Source of the DNA: Octopus bimaculoides
Lineage: Eukaryota
Assembly: GCF_001194135.2 (NCBI RefSeq)
Contig: NC_068995.1
Coordinates: 8,198,537-8,262,536 of the forward strand
Reading direction: 5' to 3'
DNA: 64,000 bases
The notes beneath the pieces were generated by a model. It did not search any database, was not told where the DNA came from, and was given only the letters and a program-made list of their open reading frames with translations. Shown piece after piece: positions 38,822 to 51,226 of the stretch. Numbering within the stretch: the stretch's first letter is position 1; every line of letters starts with the position of its first letter. The position numbers were made by a program, and so were the translations under genes.

Positions 38822-39033
38822 TAATTGGTTACAAATTTTGGCACAGTAATTTTGAGGGAATGTGTCAATGGGTTACATCGACCCTAGTGTTCACCTGGTA
38901 CTTAATTTATTGACCCTCGAATGGTTGAAAGGCGGAGTCGACCTCGGCGGAATTTGAACTCAGAACATAGCGACGGACTAAATACCGCTAACCATTTCGT
39001 CCAGCGCGCTCACATTCCTGCCAGCTCGTCTTA
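38822..39033 (-). mobile_element. SINE family A, near full length
   Basis: TACATCGACCCTAGTGTTCACCTGGTACTTAATTTATTGACC...GTCGACCTCGGCGGAATTTGAACTCAGAAC...CTGCCAGCTCG. Confidence 0.9.
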
Positions 39034-39919
39034 AACTAACGACAATATTGATAAAAAAAAACCCAACCATATGTAGGACTTCACTTACGCTTATACAACG
39101 TATGCTAATTTTGAATCGGATAAAAATGTATACGATAAAATTTAGCTTGTCTATGTAGCAATTTCATGAGCTTAGGCTAAATACTTTTCTTTCGTCCATC
39201 GTTAGAGAATGTTGTTTCATAGTCATACTGATAAGACAGCGCATGCGCTTGGTAGTTCAGTCATCTTATATTCCACTTCCATCACTCAACTTTCCATTGT
39301 CTTTGTTCCGTACAAATGAATTACAGTCCAATTTCTCTTTAAAAATTATTACTTATTCCAGATTTTCTTGTCGTTTCACTAATTAGGCATGTAGGAGGTG
39401 AAATACGAGTCCAAGTCTGGCAAATCGCCGTTTGAAGCCGGTTTTCCTTGAGAGATATGTCCACAAGGAATAGGCATCACTTTGGATACTATCTTCATTA
39501 ACTTCATTTGTCTGGAGCGCAATATCTTTTATATTTTGGTTTCATCTGACATATTTTCGAGGTATATTTTCGGTTCAAGAAAGGTGAATACAGTAGATGG
39601 AATGTTGTGAGTAATGTAAAGAAAATGACGAAACTGGTAGAAATGAAGGAATATACTACATATATAGATCTCTGTACAAGGCAAAGAAACAGAGATCGTG
39701 CGCATGCGCTCGCGGACGACCAAGCACGCGTCTACTAAAAGATATTATGCGTCCTTCACTAAATGAAAGCTCTTGAAAGCTGTAAATAAATATTGCACTA
39801 TAGAAATAATTATACGCACAAACACACGTACGCACGCACGCAGACACACATATATATACAAAGAGAGACAAAGAGAGAGAGGGAGAGAAAGAGAGAAACA
39901 GGTATACATATGTGTGTGC

Positions 39920-39954
<35 letters not shown>

Positions 39955-40460
39955 NNNNNNNNNNNNNNNNNNNNNNNNNNNNNNNNNNNNNNNNNNNNNN
40001 NNNNNNNNNNNNNNNNNNNNNNNNNNNNNNNNNNNNNNNNNNNNNNNNNNNNNNNNNNNNNNNNNNNNNNNNNNNNNNNNNNNNNNNNNNNNNNNNNNNN
40101 NNNNNNNNNNNNNNNNNNNNNNNNNNNNNNNNNNNNNNNNNNNNNNNNNNNNNNNNNNNNNNNNNNNNNNNNNNNNNNNNNNNNNNNNNNNNNNNNNNNN
40201 NNNNNNNNNNNNNNNNNNNNNNNNNNNNNNNNNNNNNNNNNNNNNNNNNNNNNNNNNNNNNNNNNNNNNNNNNNNNNNNNNNNNNNNNNNNNNNNNNNNN
40301 NNNNNNNNNNNNNNNNNNNNNNNNNNNNNNNNNNNNNNNNNNNNNNNNNNNNNNNNNNNNNNNNNNNNNNNNNNNNNNNNNNNNNNNNNNNNNNNNNNNN
40401 NNNNNNNNNNNNNNNNNNNNNNNNNNNNNNNNNNNNNNNNNNNNNNNNNNNNNNNNNNNN

Positions 40461-40492
<32 letters not shown>

Positions 40493-41097
40493 AATCATGA
40501 CTATATAAGTGCGTGTGTATGTGTGTTTGCGTGCGTGTGCGCGGTCGTCTCTGTAACTCACTACATGCCTATACGCGCGAGTAAGTATGTTCGTTGGTAT
40601 ACATAAGAACGTCGTTATGTAGGTCAAATGAAGTAGATACTTAGATTGAAGTAATCATTCATAATTTATAGGGCAATATGTATAAATATTAAAATACATA
40701 GCGAGAGAACCAAAAAGGAATTGAATGAACGAAGAAAATCGTAAGAAAACGCGGAAGAGTAATGTTGAGAAAGCGGAGAGTGAATATAAAGGATTCGGCG
40801 CTTAAGAGAGAAAAAGAAACTATTTCGATGACAACGTAAAAGACGGCGCTGATAAGACGTGAAATTATAGGGTGAAATATAAGCAGAGAGGAACTAATAA
40901 TCAACAAACAATAAATTGCAAGTGAAAAATAGAGAAACACACAGACGAAGATATTTAGAAGCCTAAATGGGCAGACAAATACATCGATACATGTAGATAT
41001 ATATTCAATATATATACGTATGTATATATATATGATGTGAGCGTGTGTGTATGCTTGTGTATGTGTGGGGGGGTATATATATACATATATATATATA

Positions 41098-41134
<37 letters not shown>

Positions 41135-41539
41135 GNNNNNNNNNNACGTGTGTGTTTGTGTGTGTGTGTGTATGTGTGTGCGTGGTGTGTGTATGTGTAT
41201 GTGAATTTGAAGAAAACGAATATGAAGATCATGCAATATGGCGGCGTTAGAGCTAAAATACTTCTCAGGAATATTAAACATACCATAAATACAAAGATAT
41301 CTGACCAGCAGCTTTATTTATTTTCTATATAAGAAGCGCAACCCCTGAGGTTTTCGCCTTAAGCATATGTGTAATATGCAAAGGGGAATATGAATCAGAG
41401 AAGAGGTCAAACTGCCTCCAAAGATATTATTTCAAAGGTAAAATCATATCCAATAGCAATTATCTGTACCGCTGAAAACCTTCAAACAACTGAAATTATA
41501 AAAGTTTACATATTATGCTCCAGAAATTTTACATATTAT

Positions 41540-42107
41540 GCTCTTACATATTATGCTCCAGAAATGGTGATGTTTGGCTTACAATAATTCATCCGCCATT
41601 CGAACAATATGGCCACACTATCTCATTTGGTTCCTCAAAATAATAGATTTAATTGAGGTGATGCCTCCAGATGCAAGGGGACATCTATGTTTGGAGCAAA
41701 AGAACTCCATTTATTGTTTAAAATGCGATGAAGGCATTTTTGGTGGAATTGTTCTAACAATTTAAAATGCATTTCATAAGTCCACGTTTCAACAGGAATG
41801 GTAAGACAAATGATTTGTAAATAGTCAACTTTGTATTCTTGTTTTTATGTCGCTGGCACCAAACGCGTGACACCAAGCCACCAAATGCTTTTGCAGCCCT
41901 TTGGATTCGCAGATGTATTTCTGTATCAAGATTTTCATCATTTTGTACAGAGCTTCCAAGGTAGATGAACGAATCGACAACCTCAAGTAACTTACTCTTA
42001 ACAAAACTTTTAGGAGGCTTACAAACAGCACCGCACGCAGGTTGATGCATTACAAATACTGTTTTGAAGTTGATGATCAAACCAAAATTAATCACAAGCT
42101 GATTCAA
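41540..42107 (-). mobile_element. RTE/BovB-clade LINE ORF2 fragment (RT C-terminal region)
   Basis: ORF 41754-42107 reads FGLIINFKTVFVMHQP...EVVDSFIYLGS...DTEIHLRIQRAAKAFGGL...TKLTIYKSFVLP. After frameshifts it continues LLEQFHQKCLHRILNNKW and NQMR*CGHIVRM, which are hallmark RTE motifs. Confidence 0.9.
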
Positions 42108-42114
42108 ATATATT

Positions 42115-42362
42115 TAGTAAACCCTCGACTATCGCGGGTGTTACGTTCCAAAACGCCTCGCGATTGGTGAAAATCCGCGAAGTAGAAACAGTCCTGTACT
42201 GTATATTTTTTTAAAAATTATTTTCATAATTTGCACATAATTATTTTTATAATTTGTATTTATTTATTTTATTATAAATGCCAGACAACACCGCGGAGCA
42301 ATCGACGTAAGCTTAAATAATAAACCGCGATAGGTGAACCGCGTTATGGTGAGGGATTAGAA
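42115..42362. mobile_element. pogo/Tigger-like (Tc1/mariner superfamily) MITE
   Basis: Left end TAGTAAACCCTCGACTATCGCGG; right end CCGCGATAGGTGAACCGCGTTATGGTGAGGGATTAG. Imperfect CAGTA-type TIRs, AT-rich core, TA context. Confidence 0.75.
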
Positions 42363-42991
42363 TATGTGTGTGTGTGTGTGTGTATGTGTGTGTGTGCATA
42401 AAAGATATACTCACGCGTATACACACACACACACACACGTAGTGAGATTGAAAGATAAGATAAAAAGAGAGCAAGGGGAAGAGAGGTTGGGAGACAACCA
42501 AGATGTAATGAGAAGCACACAAAATCAGAGAATGGAGAGAAGTACATTAAAGTGAGAAAGAGAAAAAAGAGAAAGAGGTGGGAAGTGTGTGAGAGAGAGA
42601 GCATGCGTGTGTGAGGGTGAGTGTCTGTGTGTGTGTGAGACGGACAGACAAACAGACAGGCAGATAGATTAGGAATGAAGGAGATCTAAAGAAGAAGGAA
42701 ATTAGCGAAACACAATAAATAAAGGTGTTAGAGTCATTCAAATATTCTCTATGAAAAGTGAGTGTGAATATCTGCATTGGTAAACGAGCATATACGTGTG
42801 TGTCTGTGTGTGTGCGTGTGTGTGTGTGTGCTTGAGTTATTTAATTAATTGAAACTTGAGAAAACATAAAGACGGAATATTGAAATAGGAAAAAAAAAAT
42901 AGAACAAAAATAGAACAAAAATCCGCGCATATCAAAACTGGCAATAAAAATACCGCCCAAAAGCAGCAGTACCACCATCGCCAGGACCGAT

Positions 42992-43560
42992 ATCATCATT
43001 ATCATCATCATATATCATCATCATCATCATCATCACCATCATCATCATTATCGTCATCATCAACATCATCCTTATTGTCATCAACATCATCATCATCATC
43101 ATCATATATCATCATCCACATCATCGTTGTCATCATCATCATCATCATCATCATTACCGTCATCATCATCATCATCATTATCGTCATCGTCCTCATCGTT
43201 ATCGTCATCATCATGATCAACATCATCCGGATCAAATCATCATGATCATCATCATCATCATTGTCATCATCATCATCATCATCATCATCAACTTCATCAT
43301 CATCATCATCGTCGTCGTCGTTATCATCAACAGAAGCAGACGCAACACCAACAGCACTTGTCCTGCTGTAGTCATCATTAGCGCTCGTAACGACAGCAGC
43401 GCCCCCAAAAGCATTATGGTCAGCAGCAAAGGAGTCCACATCTGCACCAGCATCAGCAGCACGATTGGCACGACCAGCCACTAGGACAACCGTCACAAAC
43501 TTTGCCGCTTCTTCCACCACCACCACCAACAACAACACGAAAACCACCACCACTACCATT
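42992..43560. repeat. Decayed (ATC)n/(AGC)n/(ACC)n trinucleotide tract
   Basis: A long compound trinucleotide array; it generates the spurious Asp-rich ORF 43008-43559. Confidence 0.85.
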
Positions 43561-43926
43561 AATTACTTCTGCATCACATCCATCCTAACCAATCGCTAAC
43601 ACCACTACTTACGTCAGCATCACCGTTTTCCAGCACTACCATACCGTCATTCACACACATACAGACACACACGTACACACACAAACGCCCGCGACACACA
43701 TGCACGCAAACACACACACATCCACGCACGCACATACACACTCACGCACACGCACGCACTCTCTCTTTCTCTTTCTCTCTCTCTTCTTCTGTCTCTCCCT
43801 ATCTTCTCTCTCTAGCTCTCTTTCTCTGTCTCTCCCCCAACCTTCTCTCTCTTCCTCTGTCTCTCTCCCATCGCTCTCTCTCCAACTACATATAACTACT
43901 CGAGCAGTAACAACACACATGTTACT

Positions 43927-44141
43927 AATGGTTTCAAATTTCAGCACAAGGCCAGCAATTTCGAGAGTGGGGTAGGTTGACTAAATCGATCCCAGTGTTC
44001 AACTGCTACTTAGTTCATCGACCTCCAAAAGCTGAAAAGCAACGGGGAACTCTGCAGAATTTGAACTCAGACCGTAAAGACAGCTGAAATGCCGCTTAGC
44101 ATTTTGCCTCTCCTATTAACGTTTGTGCTAGCTCTTTGCCT
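43927..44141 (-). mobile_element. SINE family A
   Basis: ATGGTTTCAAATTTCAGCACAAGGCCAGCAATTT...ATCGATCCCAGTGTTCAACTG...GAATTTGAACTCAGACCGTAAAGAC...TTAGCATTTTGCC. Confidence 0.85.
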
Positions 44142-44251
44142 TTCACCCAACAGCAATAGTAATACCTATCATTACCTTAGACCATGTTAAGGCAGTTCAA
44201 ATCCCGCCGGGGTCGACCTTAATTTTCATCTCGGATCGATAAATTATTATT

Positions 44252-44809
44252 AAGTGCATGCCGTCAAAATGACACTGGGTTATAAATGTACGAAACTCAA
44301 TATACCCAACATGACTACCCTTCTGATAAGGGTACACCAGGCACATGCATCACAACCATATGTGCGCGACATTGTGATCTCATATCAAGATAAACAGTGC
44401 ATGATCTTGCAGGTGGGGCTCAGTTAAAATTTTCTTCGGGTCGAGTAGTCCATCCCGCTCAAAAGGTCACTGAATAAGAGTTGTTTAATGATGTTGAACA
44501 AAACACCCATGTTTCCAGAGGCGAGTTATTCAAACCCCAAAGAATTCCTCTCGTACGAATGGCTATGATGCTCCCTCACTACTCCTGCTTGTGATCAGAG
44601 ATGCACATATCAGCCACCAAGGGACATGCTCAACTGGTTAAGGTCAAACAACTGACAAGCAAATCTGTGGTACTGAGCAGAATATTTGCTGTAGCCCATC
44701 TTTTATACCAAGACAAGACAATGTACATGATAACACTTCCGATCAGTGAAGATCAGAAGCCATGAGAACCATTGCCTGGTACTGAATCAGGGCATTTATT
44801 ATTATTATT
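44252..44809 (+). mobile_element. Element D, full length, about 550 bp, no tRNA head
   Basis: Begins after TTATTATT with AAGTGCATGCCGTCAAAATGACACTGGG and ends CTGCCTGGTACTGAATCAGGGCATTT(ATT)n. Homologous to 4132, 30561, 50352 and 50623. Confidence 0.9.
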
Positions 44810-46281
44810 CTTATCATCATCATCATCATCATCATCATCATATCACAATGATCGTCATCACTACCACCAAGTCAGCGGCTACCACCACCGTCACCATCAA
44901 CCGCCGCCACCACCATAAGCACCACCACCATCAACATTATCTTCATAATTATCATCGTCTTTATCATACATGGAAAAGAAATTAATAAACTTCTTAGAAC
45001 AGAATCCAAAACAACATCAATCATGATGTTTGAAATATTCAATCAACAACAACCACAAAAACCAAACAAACAAACAAACAAACAAAAAAAAACAAAAATA
45101 TCAACAGCAACATCAGCAATATTCACATCAGCCCGAAAAACTACAACAATAGCTACAAAAAAAAAACACTCGCTAACAATAACAACTACAACGAGCGCAA
45201 TACCACGTTACAAACAACCACCGTCACAACAAAAACATGTCTGTCATCGTCGTCACCTGAACTACAGCAATCCTCCGTCCACTCCTCCTCTCCTCCTCCT
45301 CTACCACCACCCTCACCTGCACTCCACCTCCCTCCTCCTCCTCCTCCTCAACATCATCATCGACATCGTTGTTTTCATAACCACCACCACCACCACCACC
45401 ACAAAAATCATCATCACCATCCGCTTCTACCTCCTCCTCCTCGTCATCATCATCACCGTTATTACCACCACCACCCCATCATCATCGTTATTATCATCAC
45501 CATCGTAATTTTCATCATCATCATCACCTTCACCATCATCATTGTCTCTACCAGCAGCAAGTGCAGCAGCATTTTCAGCTTAATTTTAACCAGAAAACCA
45601 GCAACAACAACAACAACAATGATGTCAACAACAAGAAAAACATCGAATAAACAATTTGAAAAATGATGTCCCGATCAAATATGTGATGAGTGAATATGGA
45701 AATAACACAGCCAACGCTATCATCGCCATCACTATCACCCTAACGGCAACAGCACTAATTTGGGGTAAACACAACAGATACAAATCTCTCCTATTTCAAC
45801 CCCACCCGACCCCAGCACCACAACCACCACCGACGCCACGACAACGGCGATGAGTAACTCCACCTCCACTGTCCCTTATGTGGTCGCTAAAATGGCCTCC
45901 AATTCAACATTCATTGACACTGTACTGTCTTATAAAAAAAAAAGAAAGCGAAAAACTAAAGGTCACCTTATCTAGGACGACAATGTGTTCCCGATACATA
46001 GGAAAGAGATGGCATAGTTACGGATGGAATTGTTTTAATTATAGATCCTCTCCAATAAAATGAGTGACATAAACGTGACAAATCCTAAACCAAACCTCTC
46101 AAGATAAACCAGTAACATTTCTAGCGATACGCCATACACAAGAGGAATTTTTCCAACACAGCTCTGCATAACAGAAATATAACAGTCAGGTAGAGCATCG
46201 GTTGTGCAACGGTGACGTACGGAAGTCATATCTTGACCAGAACAACGCGTGTAGTCCTGGACAAATTTATGAAGAAGTCTA

Positions 46282-46660
46282 CTTAGTGGTATTTCGTCTG
46301 AGTTCAAAATCCGCGGAGGTCGACTTTGCCTTTCATCCTTTCGGAGTCGATAAATTAAGTACCAGTTACGCAGTGGGGTTGATGTAATCGACTTAATCCC
46401 TTTTTCTGCCCTTTTTTGTCCCCTCTATGTTTAGCCCCTTGTGGGCAATAAAGAAATAAACGTTCGCACGCCGGGCGAAATGCCTAGCGGTATTTCGTCT
46501 GTCTTTACGTCTGATTTCAAACTCCGCCGAGGTTGACTTTGCTTTCCATCCTCTCGGCTTTGATAAATTAAGTACCAGTTGCGTACTGGGTTCGATCTAA
46601 TAGACTGGCCTCTTCCCTAAAAAAAAATTGGGGACTTGTGCCTCGAGTAGAAAGGAATAT
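46282..46660 (+). mobile_element. Head-to-tail SINE family A dimer
   Basis: The first unit (46282-46458) ends TTTAGCCCCTTGTGGGCAATAAAGAAATAA. The second (46460-46660) starts AACGTTCGCACGCCGGGCGAAATGC and ends GTGCCTCGAGTAGAAAGGAATATT. Confidence 0.9.
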
Positions 46661-46978
46661 TATACAACGTAATACAAAAATAATTGATGATACGGGTTTC
46701 ACCGTTCCTTCACGATGATGTGTAATCTTATTTCTATAACGGAATCTTTCTTGCGAAATGTAAGTGTAAGTGTTTAAGTATTTCCACCGAGAGTTAGGCC
46801 TTTAATGTAATTCTCACGATTCTGAGTAACCACCAAACAAAATAGTCCTTTTGATTTACAGCGAATGTTAAGAAGGGCAAATCTAACCCGGCACACGATC
46901 GGCGTTATATTTATCAGCCAACAATAGATTAACGACGAAATCGCTTCGGTTAAATGTCGTTCGATATTTGTTCCAAAT

Positions 46979-47075
46979 CTTTACATTCTGAGTTCAAATC
47001 CTGCCGATGCAGATCTGCGTTTCAGTCACCCAGGTGAATATAACATAATTCACCAATCAAGTACTGTGGCTGAAC
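46979..47075 (+). mobile_element. Decayed SINE family A fragment
   Basis: TTTACATTCTGAGTTCAAATCCTGCCGATG (B box) ... AAGTACTG. Confidence 0.5.
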
Positions 47076-48200
47076 ACCTTTGATTCACAGTTAAATATGA
47101 CAGGAAAGAATCAGCACTCGAACTGGATCAGTATTTTAATTATCATCCATGGATGGTTTCAATGCTTATTCATTTTTGGCTAAAATGCGTCGCGACAACG
47201 TTTGTTTTTTTGTGTTTGTTTTCAGATCCTCCTTTTTATGCACAAAGTTCAGATCTTCGGGATGAAAAGTACAGTTGATCATTTCGGTTGTCAATAAAAG
47301 AATGTAGCTGTTAGGTATCGATTCCTTCAAAATTATTCGTTCGACCTGCATCTAACTTAGAAATTATAATCAAACTTGAAACTATTGTCAATCACAGCTA
47401 CCAGCTTTTGTATCATGTCCTCTTTCATCAACTGAAGTGTTTCCGATGCAGTCCTCCACTCACAGATTCAACATTTTTTCACACAGCCACTTACTGTTCA
47501 GGAGAACATGAAAACCCACTTCGCTGGACAAGGCCACCAACGTTCGTAAAATAAACAGTCGCTACCACACCCAGCCCTGCAATAATATGCTCACATCACT
47601 TAATTCTCCTCCTCCAACCGCAACGCTATTATAAACAATACTACTGGCACTTTAGAAATGTGTCACATGTCCCTTTACACTGACATCATATCTCATCTTT
47701 CTATTATAAACATCTCGATATCACGCGAGAAGTACGACAACGGCCACCACCTCATTGAATACAATACTTCTACATCCTATCTCCTTCATCGTCACAACTG
47801 CCTCCTCCTCTACATCCAGCCCTCGTCACTCCACCACTTGTACTACTAACTTCAAACCAGAATCAACATCTGCACTATCATCTCATTTCAGCCTCCACCA
47901 GATATGTCATCTTCAATCCCTCCTTCATTAGCTCCGTATTGCCATTCTCTCCATCCCCAATACCATCATCATATTTATCAATAGCATCAACAGCATCATC
48001 AACTCCATCACCATCACATCATCATCCCCCTCAATACAGCCATCAACCTCACAATCATCTCTTCACTGTCAAGTATCTCTAAGAGTACCATCATATATTT
48101 AACAGTCATCACAGTCACCAACAATAGCAACGAAGTAAGAACATAACCACCACCACCACCAACAACAACAACAGCAACAACAACAACACCAACATCACCA

Positions 48201-48370
48201 CCACCTCTAATAATAACAAGCCTCCACTATCACGTTACTCCAATAAACAACAACCGCAACAACAACACCACCACCAACAACAACTAAAACACCAACAACA
48301 ATAACACCACCACCACCACCACCTCTAATAAAAACAAACCTCCACTACCACGTTACTCCAATAAACAACA
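48201..48370. repeat. Roughly 118-bp-period duplication in an (AAC/ACC)n tract
   Basis: CCACCTCTAATAA.AACAA.CCTCCACTA.CACGTTACTCCAATAAACAACA at 48201 and 48319. Confidence 0.85.
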
Positions 48371-49436
48371 TCTGCAATAACAACAACATGTCGGTTGCAA
48401 CGAATAAATAACAGCAAACAGGAACACATATTCTGATGACCACAGCGATATGAACAGCGACACCATTACTACTAACATCGCCGCCATCACCAACACCACC
48501 GACACCATAACCATGAACAGCGACAACCGCCAATAACAAAACAAAACAAGACAAAAACAAGGACAGTAATCATTAACAGCAACAGCAACAGCAACAACAA
48601 CAACAGCGCCGACATGTTCTGATGACCAGAGCGATATCAAATACAACGATGAAAAGAGATAAAAGTGTCTGGAATTTAATAAAATAAATGTTTAAGTCGG
48701 CCATTTTAGCTGTTCGTTTCCTCTTTCACTCTTGCGTATTCATTCCACTATTCTTTGACTCGGTTATTCCATGTTTATTTCTCTTCAATTCATTCGTCTT
48801 CTATTTCTATCTGTAGTCTGTTCTTGTCTTCTTCTTCTACATTCAACTAATTCAACTTACTTCTACCAACCTACAAACCAACTAACCAAACAAACGTACC
48901 AACTAACCAATTTTCGATATAAGCATCACTTACTTAGCAAAAGACCTAAAACGCTTTACAAAGACACAACATTCTATGTGATGTACGGGATACATATAGT
49001 TAATAGAATCTACACATTGTGTGTCTGATACAAGGCACATATTTTATCAACTACTGTGAAAATCGTCATAGAACCGGATGATTGCAGAATACTCCATTGA
49101 AAGTAACGGACGCGGTCGTGCTATGAAGCTCATACAAAGCCTCTAGACTTCTTCCTCCAACTCCCTCTCTTTCTCTCACTCTCTTTGTCTCACTCATTCC
49201 CCATATCTCTGTAACTCTTTCGGTTAGGCGCTTTATATAAAACTTAGCATTCATAAGAAATTATCTGATGGTTCAGAATTTGCATTTGCTTTTAAGATAA
49301 AACCCCAAATTCTCCCATAGAGAATATAAATTAATTCTAGCCTTTATAACTCCTAAAGATATTGCAGAATTTAGAATATACAATATATAATATATACACA
49401 TATATATGTATGCATACATATTCATAAATATATACA

Positions 49437-49484
<48 letters not shown>

Positions 49485-50268
49485 NNNNNNNNNNNNNNNN
49501 NNNNNNNNNNNNNNNNNNNNNNNNNNNNNNNNNNNNNNNNNNNNNNNNNNNNNNNNNNNNNNNNNNNNNNNNNNNNNNNNNNNNNNNNNNNNNNNNNNNN
49601 NNNNNNNNNNNNNNNNNNNNNNNNNNNNNNNNNNNNNNNNNNNNNNNNNNNNNNNNNNNNNNNNNNNNNNNNNNNNNNNNNNNNNNNNNNNNNNNNNNNN
49701 NNNNNNNNNNNNNNNNNNNNNNNNNNNNNNNNNNNNNNNNNNNNNNNNNNNNNNNNNNNNNNNNNNNNNNNNNNNNNNNNNNNNNNNNNNNNNNNNNNNN
49801 NNNNNNNNNNNNNNNNNNNNNNNNNNNNNNNNNNNNNNNNNNNNNNNNNNNNNNNNNNNNNNNNNNNNNNNNNNNNNNNNNNNNNNNNNNNNNNNNNNNN
49901 NNNNNNNNNNNNNNNNNNNNNNNNNNNNNNNNNNNNNNNNNNNNNNNNNNNNNNNNNNNNNNNNNNNNNNNNNNNNNNNNNNNNNNNNNNNNNNNNNNNN
50001 NNNNNNNNNNNNNNNNNNNNNNNNNNNNNNNNNNNNNNNNNNNNNNNNNNNNNNNNNNNNNNNNNNNNNNNNNNNNNNNNNNNNNNNNNNNNNTAATAAT
50101 AACACAAGTCTTTAAAAGCTGGTATAAATTTATTTCTATTTAGAATCTATTTCGAAAAAGTCATCAAGTACGATGACACATTTACAACTCCGTACACTCT
50201 TCTTTAGCCTTATCTTTAAGTTTGTATTTCGTTCTCCAACGATGTGTTAGCTCTGTTATACTTTCAGC

Positions 50269-50334
<66 letters not shown>

Positions 50335-50351
50335 AAAAAAAATAATATATT

Positions 50352-50619
50352 GACAGTGGCTCTCATGGCTTCTGATCTTAACGGACTGGAGATGTTATCC
50401 TGTCTTGGTATATAAGATGGGCTTCAGCAAATATTCTGCTCACTACCACAGACTTGCTTGACCCTAACTAGTTGAGCATGTCCCTTAGCGGCTGACAATT
50501 TGTGCATCTCAGATCACAAGCAGAAGTAGTGATGGAGCAGCATATCCATGTGTTGTTGAGAGTAATTCGCTGGAGTTTGGATAATTTATCCCTTGAAACA
50601 TGGGTGTTCCGTTCAACAT
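50352..50619 (-). mobile_element. Element D, truncated copy (left arm of the fold-back)
   Basis: CAGTGGCTCTCATGGCTTCTGATCTTAAC...GAAACATGGGTGTTCCGTTCAACAT, preceded by a long (AAT)n. Confidence 0.85.
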
Positions 50620-50622
50620 ATC

Positions 50623-50706
50623 ATGTACATGATAGCATGTCCAATCAGTTAAGATCAGAAGCCACTGACTGGTACTGCACCAAGGCATTTATTATTATTA
50701 TTATTA
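50623..50706 (+). mobile_element. Element D, short terminal copy in inverted orientation (right arm)
   Basis: ATGTACATGATAGCATGTCCAATCAGTTAAGATCAGAAGCCACTGACTGGTACTGCACCAAGGCATTT(ATT)n matches the end of 44252-44809. Confidence 0.85.
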
Positions 50707-51226
50707 GTAGTAGTAGTATTTAGGTGAGGTCGATGCTCGTATGTCTTCCAAATAGCCTTTCCGAGTAATATATCCCTGCCATATAATTTGCTATTCAATT
50801 TATGAAAATTACCTGGATTGCACATGCATTTAGGCACTAAATGGTCCATTAAATGTTCACTCACCGAATCTACATGTTTGTACAAATATAATGTAAGAAA
50901 TCCATATTTTCCAAAAACAGGTGTACGCTTAATCTTCACTGAGTTTCAGACACATATAACATCTGAGAAATCCAGCAAATATTACAGCTACAGTCCGTTG
51001 AAATATCTTTATAGAGAGGTCCTGCTTGGGGAATTTCGTTTGTGGTTACTTATTCCTTTATCTATGTATTTAATTCCCTTCAAAATATTACTGTTGCCTA
51101 AAGCGTTGGTAAATATATGATAAAATTCGATCTGTGTAGTATTCAGTAGATTCACTATTGGAACCGCACAAATGTGGAGTGAAATTTTTGACCGTTTAGC
51201 TATGTCTCTAAATTTATACCCAAATA

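Noticed and set aside
43008-43559. 183-aa Asp-rich ORF resembling acidic biomineralisation proteins
   Set aside because: It is fully explained by a decayed (ATC/AGC/ACC)n microsatellite. There is no signal peptide or splice structure, and the other frames are similarly open.
45876-46270. Possible additional dispersed repeat, with possibly related pieces at 21478-21600 and 35505-35565
   Set aside because: They seem familiar as an (AAC)n-tailed octopus repeat, but the copies here are too diverged to show homology from the window alone.
50710-50830. Possible second Dong/RLE C-terminal relic (ILLGKAIWKTYE)
   Set aside because: The similarity to the RLE terminal LLGTARILRKVL motif is too weak to call by eye.
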